A stretch of DNA of 64,000 nt, taken from assembly GCF_004010195.1 (NCBI RefSeq), contig NC_057722.1, positions 9,849,348 to 9,913,347 on the forward strand, given 5' to 3'. The position numbers were made by a program, and so were the translations under genes. The DNA is from Chiloscyllium plagiosum. Lineage: Eukaryota. Under the pieces are notes generated by a model. The model was given only the letters and a program-made list of their open reading frames with translations. It did not search any database and was not told the DNA's origin. Positions 50,001-59,320 of this stretch are shown here, one piece after another. Position 1 is the stretch's first letter; each line of letters begins with the position of its first letter.

Positions 50001-53000
50001 GCAGGAGAGCGAAAGAGGGAGCAGGACACAGGAAAACCTTGAAACACCAGGGAGACAGAGAGAAAATAGAGTAGCTATCAGGAAGTCCACAGCACAGAGC
50101 TTAAGATTATAAAATGTGGGAGCTAAAGCAGACCATTCAGCCCTTCAAATCTCCTGTCCATTCAATGAAATCGTGGCTGATCTTATAATCTTCAATACGT
50201 CTTTTCCCAATAACTCTTGTTTCTCTCACTCATTAAAAATCTGTCTATCTCAGCCTTGACTCTGCTTAACAACCCAGTCTCTACAGCCACTGTTGTTGAG
50301 GTCTATAAAACTTACATAAAAGTATGCCTTCACATTTTTTCAGGGTAAATATTTAAGACCCGTAATCCCTGCAGAATAACTACCTGGATGGAGAGCTGAT
50401 CAGAGCAGTATAACATTCAGAATGCCCTCTCAGTGCAAACCACTGTTTTGACTGAACAAAGAACAGTACAGCACAGGATCAGACCCTTCGGCCCACCAAG
50501 ACTACACTGACACATGATGCCTTTCTAAACTAAAAATCTTTTGCCCCTATGTGGTCCATTATTTATTCCCTTTATTCCCTGCCTATTCATTTATCTGTAA
50601 AGATGCCTCTCAAGTGGTGCTATTGTACCTGCCTCCACCATCTCCTCTGGCAGTGTATTCCAGGCACTTACCACCCTCTCTGTAAAAACACTTGCCTCTC
50701 ACATCTCCTGTAAATTTATCCCCTATTGCCCTAAACCAATGTCCCCAAGTAATCGATATTTCTACCCTATGAAAAAGACTCCCGACTGTCCATTCTATCC
50801 ATGTCTCTCATAATTTTGTAAACTTCTATGAGTTCATCCCTCATTCTGAAATGTTCAATTGAAAACAATCCCAGGTTTGTCCAATCTCTCCTCATAGCTT
50901 CGAAACTAGGCAACATCCTGGTAAACCATTCCTGTACCTTCTCCAAAGCCTCTCCACCATTCTAGTAGTGTGGTGACTGGAATGGTACACAATATTCTAA
51001 ATGTGGGCAAAGTGAGTACTGCAGGTGCTGGAGACCAGAGTCAAGATTAGAGTGGTGCTGGAAAAGCTGGAGGGCATCATCAACGATGTGGGAGGGGAAA
51101 TTGTGATCTTTAAAGAAGGAGGCCATCTGGTTTGTTCTGTGGTGGAACTGGTCCTTCTTTAAAGACCTCACTTTCCTCTCCCAGATGCCCTCCAGCGCAT
51201 CTCATCCACATCCCACATCTCAGCCCATGAACCACACCCCTCCAACCGCAACAAGGACAGAACTGCACAGTCCTCACCCTCCACCCCACCAACCTCCGCA
51301 TACATTGCATCATCCTCCACCATTTTCGCCATCTACAAGGGGACCCCACCACCAGAGATATATTTCCCTCCCCACCCCTAACGCTTTCCGTAAAGACCAT
51401 TCCCTCCACGTCCCTTAACAACCCACCCTCCCCTCCTGGCACCTTCCCCTGCCACCGCAGGAATTGCAAAACCTGCGCCCAAACCTCCCCCCTCACCTCC
51501 GTCCAAGGCCCCAAAGGAGCCTTCCACATCCATCCAAGTTTCACCTGCACTTCCACACGTCATTTACTGTATCCGTTGCTCCTGATGCGGTCTCCTCTAC
51601 ATTGGGGAGACTGGATGCCTACATGCAGAGCGCTTCAGAGAAAATCTCTGGGACACCCGCACCAATCAACCCCACTGCCCCCAAACATTCAACTTCCCCT
51701 TCCACTCAGCCGAGGACATGCAGGTCCTGAGCCTCCTCCATCACCACTCCCTCACCACCCGACGCCTGGAGGAAGAATGCCTCATCTTCCACCTCAGGAC
51801 CCAGGGTATCAATGTGAACTTCACCAGTTTCCTCATTTCCCCTCCCCCCACCTTACCCCAGTTCCAACCTTCCAGTTCAGCCCCCATTCCTGATGCCCAA
51901 AATGTTGATTTTCCTGTCCCTTGGATGCTGCCTGGCCTGCTGTGCTTTTCCAGCGCCACTCGAATCTTGACAATAGTCTAAATGTGGCCTAGTTAAAGGT
52001 ATGTATGCTAGAATTTTTTTTCATTGCTTTGCATCAATTTTCTAATTCAGTTATGGGACGTAGGGATTTCTGCTAGTCCATCATTATTTGCTTATCCCTA
52101 ATTGCCCTGGAGAATTTCACTGTTGTTGTTTCTTCACTGTTGTTTCTAAAGCATAGGTCGGCTTAGTTTTCCTTTTAGGATTTGTAGCATTTTGATCCAA
52201 CTGAATGATTTCCTTTCCAGTTAGGAGGCCACCACATTGGTGTGGGGATGAAGTCACACATAGAGCAGGTAAGGATAGAACATTTCCTCCCTAACGTGAG
52301 TGAGATATGATTTGGAGATGCCGGTGTTGGACTGGGGTGTGCAAAGTTAAAAATCACACAACACCAGGTTATAGTCCAACAGGTTTAATTGGAAGCACAC
52401 TAGCTTTCGGAGCGACGCTCCTTCATCAGGTGTTAGTGGAGGGCTCAATCCTAACACACAAGAATTTATAGCAAAACTTTACAGTGTGGTGTAACTGAAA
52501 TTATACTTTGAAAAATTGATTATCTGTTAAGCCTTTCATCTGTTAGAATACAGTGATAGTTTCACTTCTTTCATGTGTAAATCACAAAACATTTTTTTAA
52601 AGTTGCATTCTCGGGTTAGCTGTTAACAATGGTGGTAGCGAGACAATGTGTTGAAGGTGTTGGCCCCCTGTGTTTTCTGTCTATGCCATGATGTTTAGAT
52701 TGATTCTAATCTAAAAAGTGAGAAAACGGAGTTTTACATAAATTCACTCAGTTTTTGAGCAAAGTACTGTGGTCCAGGACATTCAGCCTCGGACCTTCGG
52801 GTGACCATCCTCCAAGGTGGACTTCGGGACAGGCAGCAGAGAAAAGTGGCCGATCAGAGGCTGATAGCTAAGTTCGGTACCCATAGGGAGGGCCTCAACC
52901 GGAACCTTGGGTTCATGTCACATTACAGGTGATCACCGTTGCACTACACACACACACACACAGATATTCCTACACACACACACACTCTCACATACACGGA

Positions 53001-56000
53001 CACAGGTACACACAGACGCGCACACAGACACCCACACACACCCTTATAGACACACACACTCCCACACTTTCACATGCACCCCCTCACAGACTTAANNNNN
53101 NNNNNNNNNNNNNNNNNNNNNNNNNNNNNNNNNNNNNNNNNNNNNNNNNNNNNNNNNNNNNNNNNNNNNNNNNNNNNNNNNNNNNNNNNNNNNNNNNNNN
53201 NNNNNNNNNNNNNNNNNNNNNNNNNNNNNNNNNNNNNNNNNNNNNNNNNNNNNNNNNNNNNNNNNNNNNNNNNNNNNNNNNNNNNNNNNNNNNNNNNNNN
53301 NNNNNNNNNNNNNNNNNNNNNNNAGATGAAAGGCTTAACAGACAATCAATTTTTCAAAGCATAATTTCAGTTACATCACACTGTAAATTTTTGCTATAAA
53401 TTCTGTGTTACGATCGAGCCCTCCACTATCACCTGATGAAGGAACGTCGCTCCGAAAGCTAGTGTGCTTCCAATTACAATTAAACCTGTTGGACTATAAC
53501 CTGGTGTTGAGTGAGATAAGTTTTTACAATTCCAGATTTTATTGAATTCAAATTTTACAGTGTGCTGTTGTGCAAATTGAACACATGTCCCCAGAACATT
53601 GGATTGGGGTTTTGGATTATTCATAATATTGCCATTACATTACCAGCTCCCCTGCAAAGTTACTTGGGCTCATTGATCAATAGAAGTTTCTAAGGTTCCA
53701 AGATCTCTTTCAACCTCATCCATCCTTACTTTAACAGTGCTGGCGGAGCACATTACATTTCCATTGCTTATGAAATACATTAGCTGCCCACCTACTTACT
53801 TTGACCACATTCATTGTGAAGGAGGCTGAGCTGCTCCTTCGACTATTCGCACATTATGTCAGTACCATTTTGAAATTTGACCTGCTTGCATTGCTTTTCA
53901 GTCAGCAAGCCAGTGATCCCAATTCTATGCTCAGTCCTTCGATCTCACTTGGACACTGCTCCACTAACCAGACAATGCCAATGGCTTTTTTCACCCCTCA
54001 GCCCATTCTTGACCCATTTCCTGGTCTCATTTGAATCACCACAGCTTTGAGTCTAACCTGTTGCCATTATCAGGTGTCCACCCCATCTGTTCATTCTTGT
54101 TGCTAACGTTAGACACACTGGTGGAGACCTGCCATCAGCCCTTACACTCAGAGACAGTGCTTGAAAGGAAGTGTGGAAGTGCAGGTGAAACTTTGATGGA
54201 TGTGAGGCCTTGGACGGAGGTGAGGGGGGAGGTGTGGGTGCAGGGATTTGCAATTCCTGCGGTTGCAGGGGAAGGAGCCAGGAGGGGAAGGTGGGTTGTT
54301 GGGGACCTGACCAGGTAGTCATGGAGGGAACTGGTCCTCCAAACAACACACCAGATGGCCTCCTTCTTTAAAGATGACAATTTCCCCTCCCATGTGGTTG
54401 ATGATGCCCTCCAGCGCATCTCATCCTTTCCAGAAAGGAGGAAGGAATTAATTGATAATTGTCTCAATATTTTACTATGTAAAATCCATCACTTTGTCAA
54501 CAGACTGTTGAGAAGCTATCCAGTTGTTTAAGTGACAGCACATTTCTTTAAGGAGGGAGAAAACTCAAACTCGGATGCTCGCAATATTATGAAGTAAGGA
54601 AAGTGTAAAATTCGTACCAATTCTCTCAGCAATGTCTGCTGCCCTTTCACCCCACACACCGTGAATTCCAATCAGCACCACATCGCCTGGTTCCACCACG
54701 TTAACTAAAGCTGCTTCCATCGCTGCGTGGCCAGAGCCACTGATTGCCAGAGTCATGTTGTTTGTGGTCTGAAAGGCATACTGTATTCCAGCTTTTATCG
54801 TGTCCATAATCTGCCAAGAGAAGGAAACGGTCATAGACTGGAGAATCAGAAACAGATCAGAAGATACTCTCAGCTAGATTTTTGTTTTAGCTGGAAGCTG
54901 TACTCAAAATAAAAATGGAAGTGGAAATGTGGAGAATCTTTAAACAAAAAGTAGTAATTCCTCACGTATTGATGGAAAGAGGAGTTCTGATATTCAAAAA
55001 ATCAACAGCCATGGATGCAACTTATAGATCCACGTCAGGAAAGATTCTTTAGATTATGTTATACAAAGCCCTGCTCAGACCACACCTGGAGTTATCCTAA
55101 CGGACTGTGTGTCATACCTCAAAGGATATGTTGACCTTGAAGAGAGTGTAGCCTAGATTTAGATGCACAACCATAGAAAATAGGAGCAGGAGTAGGCCGT
55201 TTATTACTGCAAGCCTTCATCAGCACTCAATATGATTATGTCGGATCATCCAAATCATCACCGTGTTTCTGTTTACTCATCATTCCCTTTGATCCCTTTA
55301 GTCGGAAGAATTATTTCTAACTCCTTCTTGAAAACATTCAATATTTTGGCCTCAACTGCTTTCTGTGGTAGTGAATTCTATAGGCTCACCACTCTTTGAG
55401 TGAAGAAATTTCTCCTAATTTCTGAGCTAAATGCCGACTCCCTATGCGTAAACTTACAGTAAGATGGCAGTGAGGTTGGCCCCGGAGTTCGTCAGTTCTG
55501 TCTGCTTCTCTTTAATCCTCTTCTGTTTCACTTTACTTGCTTCTTGATGAAGAGCTCAGTGGCGACGGTGGTATTGGTGGTGAGCGGGCCCAGCAGCACA
55601 AACTCATGATGGTGGCATCGGAGACACGTTTGGCTTCCTGGTGGCTGCTGCATCGTCGAAGTGTTCTTGGTGTCAACTCATGGCTGCGGCTATGGAGTTG
55701 GGTTTGTGTACCCGACAGCACCTGCTTTCAGCCCAGCTTCATGGAGGCGACAGTGGAGGCAAGTTTAGGCCCAGTATGAGACCTGTTGGCATCGGCAGCA
55801 GCTGCTTTGGCAAAGTGGGTCCAAAGCAGACTCTGGGCTTAAGTTTGGGCCTTTTGGTACCCATTGACATCTTTGGCATCTGCATTGGCGAGGTCCAGCA
55901 AACACCCATAGTGGCGAGAGCGTTAGTGGAGGCAAGATGGCATCGAAGAGTGGTGACCTCCATTCCAATGGCAAATGGGATTCGTGCCTGGTGAATAGGC

Positions 56001-58836
56001 CCATAACCCATGACAGACCATTTAACAAGAAGTTAGACACTTTATTTCTTCATTTTTCCTCCTTAGTATTCTATTGTTTGGTTTATTTTTCTGTGTTTTA
56101 AGATGGTGGCAGAGAGTGGCAACACTACAAAACACTTTTCACTGTATTTTTGGAACAAGATAGATGTGACAATAAATAAATCAAACTGTGATCCCTGGGT
56201 TCTGGACTCACCAGTCATTGGGAACATCCTTGATGAAGGGCTTTTGCCCGAAACGTCGATTTCGCTGCTTCTTGGATGCTGCCTGAACTGCTGTGCTCTT
56301 CCAGCACCACTAATCCAGAATCTGGTTTCCAGCATCTGCAGTCATTGTTTTTACCTCATTGGGAACATCCTTCCTGCCCTGTTTAGTCCAGTTAGAATTT
56401 TACTAGGGTAAAGGATTTTTATAGGATTTTACAAGGTTACTTCAGGTTTCGGTAGTAGGAGGGAATACATAAAAGAAGGGTTGTATTCTCTAGATTCATG
56501 GAATTTGTAAAGTTGAGAAATCATTTGATCAAAGGTTTTAACATATTAAAAGCAAGAGTTATATCAGATTTGCAAAGGGATTTCCGCTAGTTGGGAATCA
56601 AGAACTAGAGGATGTGATCTAAAAGAGCTTACAGGAGTGAAAGTAAGAGACGTTTTGTCAAAGAATGGTAGAAGTTTTAAATTCTCCTGTAATAGAAATT
56701 GACACTAAAATAGTTGTTAATTTTAAAACTGAGATTGATGTTTTTAAAATTTGAGGATTAAAGGATAAAATAGAACATGAGAGCAAACTAGAACATACAA
56801 ATACAAATGAAATATGCAGATTCAGAATCATTGAATCGCTACAGTGTGGAAGCAGGCCATTCAGCCCATCAAGTCTACACCAACTCTCCCACCAAGACTC
56901 ATCACATCCTGTAATCATGCATTGCCCATGGCTAACCCACCTAATCTGCAAATACCTGGACTTCATGGGCAATTTAGCGTGGTCAATTCACTTAACCTGC
57001 ACATCTTGGGAGGAAACCAGAGCACCCAGAGGTAAATCCAACGCATTATTAAAAGCAGCCTGCAATTTAAAGAGGGATGACTCTGCAATGTATCTATTAG
57101 CTTGTAAAGGTTTAGAATTGCAAACAGTGTGCAATTTCAACATTAAAAAAAAGAATATGTTGTACAACGTCAAAGCGCATTCAAGGTTGGGAAGGACAAG
57201 TTTAGAATAGACATCAGAAAGGATCTCTTTACAGAGGTAGTGATCACCAACAGAATTTATACCAGGCTCATGTGACTAAATTATTGGGGCCATTTTGCTA
57301 AATAACTTGACCCTCAAAGCTGAGAGACTGACTGTAGCATGGATAGCCTAGAAGGATAAGTTCAAAAGGAAGGGAAGGAGTTTAAACTTATCGCTGATTC
57401 CTTTAAATTGAGGATTTAGGTCTGAGGAGCTCTGTGCATCTTATTGACAAATTATAAAGGTTGTAAAAGGAAACAACATGCTTGCTGGATAGCAAAACTG
57501 AAAATAGAAAACAATGGAACTGCACAAAGGATCAGCAAACATCACCAAGAGAAAAGACAGGCTCTCATTTTGGAGTTAAGCTGAAATCATGCAGGAAATA
57601 TCTCTTCCTTCGAATGGATCAAATGGTTGGGTTGGGTACTGGTGTCATTTTAGATTAATTTGTGTGAGAGGATACCCACATGATTGGGCAGAGATCGATT
57701 TTTAAACCTAGTCTCTATTTTCCTTTCAACTGACTCGAGTGGACAGTCAATTCAACTAGGATGCAAAACCATCATAGCACCCAATCCCATCAATTTCCCA
57801 ACTGGATGGGGAAGGGGGGATGTTTTAGTAATAAACTTACAGCTCCCTCCACCACACACACTTCCCCTCTCCCCTCCCAACCCCAACCCCCTCCCCCCCC
57901 ACTGAACCTCTTAACTGGTAGCCAGCATATGTGTAAACCATTGAAGTGGTGGTGAGGGAGAACTGAGTAGATGAGAATTGAAAACTTATCCAGGTAAAAG
58001 TCGATCTTGGATGGAAGTGTAAAAACAGGACTGTCAGATGGGCTGCATGTTCTGCTCACTGGCTGACATCCAATTCTATTAACAGGACGGGTGATACAAA
58101 TGGCCTCTCTCTAATGCTGCCTGTTTTGTAGGATGTCCCCACCAATCCCTCCTCAATCCCCACACAGCCCTCCAGTCCCCTACCAAAACAAATTCTAGAC
58201 AAATTTTAAGAAATTGGAAGAGAACTTCAACAACACTCTGTGCCTGATTTCAAAAAGATTCCTTGAAAGTCTGTATGGCTGTAATCAGGTGCAAAACAAA
58301 TTTTAGCTTTTTGACTTCAAAGAACACAGATACATTTAGTTTTAAATGACCCAACTTGACAGACGTTGCCACTTCCTTCGTGTGAACTCTCCACTTTTGC
58401 TGCTATTTACAAAGATTATTATTTCTGAAGCAGTTTCTCACATCCTCAGAAACATCTAGGCTTTGCATTGGTTGAAGGGCAGATGCACCTTTGAAAGAAA
58501 AGTGACCAAGTAGACGAAAATAGAATGAAAGGGGCTTACCTCAAACATTTCGACGTGCATGTGCCCAATTATTTGCTTGCCACCCGCCTCTTGGACGCGA
58601 GTGGAGATGTTCGAGGGTCCGGGTCCCAGCAGTAGTTTTTTGGGGACAACAAGAGGTTGCAGGAGGGCCGGGGGTGGAGGAATTGTGAGCTCAGCGTTAG
58701 CATACATACTGCGGCTGAACGACCTGCACCGGGAGCCCAATCGCGCCAGGGGAGCAGAACCTCGTTCAACCTGCGCCAGGAAGCTACAGCCTGTCAGATG
58801 CGCCAGGAGAGGTCTTCGAAGCACGACCCGTGACAT
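31913..58836 (-). CDS. AGXT: Alanine-glyoxylate / serine-pyruvate aminotransferase, complete spliced CDS: complement(join(31913-32020,33851-33979,37738-37833,40075-40144,41313-41408,44204-44288,45423-45493,47756-47856,49446-49510,54618-54810,58540-58836)), 1311 nt, 436 aa (393 aa from second ATG at 58707)
   Basis: [42 protein letters not shown] (PLP Lys), [26 protein letters not shown]. Internal exon sizes 193/65/101/71/85/96/70/96/129 match the vertebrate AGXT structure as I recall it; all introns GT-AG. Confidence 0.97.
32288..32605 (+). mobile_element. tRNA-derived HE1-like SINE, well preserved
   Basis: A box tggcacagtggtt, B box ggttcaattcc, V-like central domain, CR1-type tail, (aatct)n end. 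Confidence 0.85.
33851..33979 (-). CDS. AGXT: AGXT exon 10
   Basis: [43 protein letters not shown]; 129 nt. Confidence 0.96.
34370..37440 (-). mobile_element. Two copies of an old LINE (CR1/L2 clade): 34370-34910 and 35320-37440
   Basis: Mutually similar 3' ends; degenerate RT motifs ([19 protein letters not shown]) on the reverse strand; same family as 50-105/1205-1330. Confidence 0.65.
37738..37833 (-). CDS. AGXT: AGXT exon 9
   Basis: [32 protein letters not shown]; 96 nt. Confidence 0.95.
38948..39244 (+). mobile_element. HE1-like SINE
   Basis: A/B boxes and family similarity. Confidence 0.82.
40075..40144 (-). CDS. AGXT: AGXT exon 8
   Basis: [23 protein letters not shown]; 70 nt. Confidence 0.96.
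40840..41265. repeat. C/T-rich low-complexity tract
   Basis: Dense ccc/ctcc runs; purine-rich on the AGXT sense strand. Confidence 0.7.
41313..41408 (-). CDS. AGXT: AGXT exon 7
   Basis: [32 protein letters not shown]; 96 nt. Confidence 0.95.
41903..42252 (+). mobile_element. HE1-like SINE
   Basis: A/B boxes and family similarity. Confidence 0.82.
42419..42468. repeat. (TTAGA)n simple repeat
   Basis: tagatttagattagattagattaaatt. Confidence 0.7.
44204..44288 (-). CDS. AGXT: AGXT exon 6 (PLP Lys in SQK)
   Basis: [28 protein letters not shown]; 85 nt. Confidence 0.97.
44394..44927. mobile_element. Tc1/mariner (Tigger/pogo-like) MITE
   Basis: TA|CAGATAGTTCTCCGATAATGC...GCGTTATCCCAGAACTGCCTG|TA: imperfect TIRs and TA TSD, no transposase ORF. 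Confidence 0.8.
45423..45493 (-). CDS. AGXT: AGXT exon 5
   Basis: [23 protein letters not shown]; 71 nt. Confidence 0.96.
45590..46935 (-). mobile_element. CR1-type LINE fragment
   Basis: [33 protein letters not shown]. Confidence 0.78.
47756..47856 (-). CDS. AGXT: AGXT exon 4
   Basis: [34 protein letters not shown]; 101 nt. Confidence 0.96.
48735..48993 (-). mobile_element. HE1-like SINE, internally deleted
   Basis: Family similarity. Confidence 0.72.
49172..49190 (+). promoter_or_regulatory. CTCF-like motif in AGXT intron 3
   Basis: TGGCCAGTAGGTGGTGCCA, close to the CTCF core consensus TGGCCACCAGGGGGCGCTA. Confidence 0.5.
49446..49510 (-). CDS. AGXT: AGXT exon 3
   Basis: [21 protein letters not shown]; 65 nt; taag / gtttg. 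Confidence 0.93.
50455..51006 (-). mobile_element. CR1-type LINE 3' fragment
   Basis: [14 protein letters not shown]; similar to 4275-4694. Confidence 0.78.
51007..51976 (+). mobile_element. Penelope-like element remnant with internal inversion, nested in a CR1 fragment, 11-bp TSD
   Basis: Degenerate GIY-YIG (atttactgtatccgttgc...tacattggggagactgga); TCTAAATGTGG at 50996-51006 and 51977-51987. Confidence 0.82.
52394..52434 (-). ncRNA. Minimal type I hammerhead ribozyme motif in a Penelope-like terminus (sense to AGXT intron 2)
   Basis: Reverse strand reads ACAC-CTGATGA-A-GGAGC-GTC-GCTCC-GAAA-GCTA-GTGT: intact core, 5-bp stem II, ACAC/GTGT stem I, palindromic AGCT in place of stem III. Confidence 0.75.
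52945..53075. repeat. Degenerate (CA)n microsatellite next to the gap
   Basis: acacacacac runs. Confidence 0.85.
53096..53323. other. Assembly gap (228 N)
   Basis: Run of N. Confidence 1.
53428..53466 (+). ncRNA. Hammerhead motif, inverted partner of the 52394-52434 copy
   Basis: CAC-CTGATGA-A-GGAAC-GTC-GCTCC-GAAA-GCTA-GTG; one stem II mismatch. Confidence 0.6.
54165..54430. mobile_element. Penelope-like coding fragment with inversion
   Basis: Homologous to 51070-51560 in both orientations. Confidence 0.7.
54618..54810 (-). CDS. AGXT: AGXT exon 2
   Basis: [15 protein letters not shown]...[12 protein letters not shown]...[13 protein letters not shown]; 193 nt. Confidence 0.97.
55455..56186 (+). 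mobile_element. Non-autonomous retroelement-like insertion within a CR1 fragment
   Basis: Starts aagatggc, ends ttttcactgt...gtgacaataaataaatcaa (SINE/LINE-type tail); CR1 sequence resumes on both sides. Confidence 0.5.
56232..56355 (+). mobile_element. 5'-truncated Penelope-like terminal fragment with 17-bp TSD, inside a CR1 fragment
   Basis: TCATTGGGAACATCCTT at 56215-56231 and 56356-56372; hammerhead core truncated at its first C. Confidence 0.82.
56825..57030 (-). mobile_element. HE1-like SINE 3' part
   Basis: Family similarity. Confidence 0.65.
58540..58836 (-). CDS. AGXT: AGXT exon 1 (two in-frame ATGs: 58836 and 58707)
   Basis: MSRVVLRR...[39 protein letters not shown]...HMHVEMFE; donor gtaagc. 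Confidence 0.92.
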
Positions 58837-58879
58837 TGTTACAAACCTTCCACGGCACCACAATCAGCAATCACCCATT

Positions 58880-59320
58880 CAATTAGACCTTTGATAATTG
58901 TCTGAAGGCTTCTCCGTTTATTTGCGAAGAGAGAAAGGTCTATGGCCCCTCGAACACTGACCAGCACTGCCTGACCTTCCAGTTACAGTGCATGCAGAAA
59001 ATTTCCAAAAACCTTCCAATCTACCCTGTTCCCTCAGCTCCGACGAGCTCTATGGACTTAAACTGAAATCGAGTGAGGAAATGCAACTCATCAGGTCACC
59101 AAGAAAACAATCAGCTGCAGCACTTGTCAATAAATAACCGGAATTGAAAAAAACATTTGTATTAATGGTTAATTATTCAAACAAATTCAGTTATACATTG
59201 TTAACCAATAAATTAGGTTGGCTTCTTCAAGAGGCACTTTCTGTGTTCCCCACTCGCCCCCCCACCTTCCAACTATTACTGCCTGCAATGTCAGGAACGG
59301 GTTAATTTATCAAAGCTGTT
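58880..59320 (-). promoter_or_regulatory. AGXT proximal promoter with liver-type motifs
   Basis: HNF1-like GGTTAATTATTCAA at ~59167-59180, second GGTTAATTTATC at ~59300, HNF4-like AGACCTTTGA at ~58885-58894, forkhead-like GTCAATAAATA at ~59126-59136. Motif matches by eye only. Confidence 0.45.

Larger units (their letters stand above)
52308..53507. mobile_element. Young Penelope-like fold-back insertion spanning an assembly gap, 11-bp TSD
   Basis: 52360-52540 is the inverse of 53324-53507; coding remnant at 52770-52930; TGAGTGAGATA at 52297-52307 and 53508-53518. Confidence 0.8.

Noticed and set aside
52929-53399. ORFs spanning X runs
   Set aside because: Artefacts of the N gap and CA repeat
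55533-56040. Overlapping GC-rich ORFs in AGXT intron 1
   Set aside because: They lie inside a retroelement-like insertion and show no recognisable domain or splice context
58795-58830. PTS2 in the AGXT presequence (LRRPLLAHL)
   Set aside because: Spacing does not fit R-[LVIQ]-x5-[HQ]-L; position 1 is Leu
58837-58863. Longer AGXT N-terminus MWCRGRFVT from the ORF track
   Set aside because: It begins at TTG, not ATG; the first real ATG is at 58836
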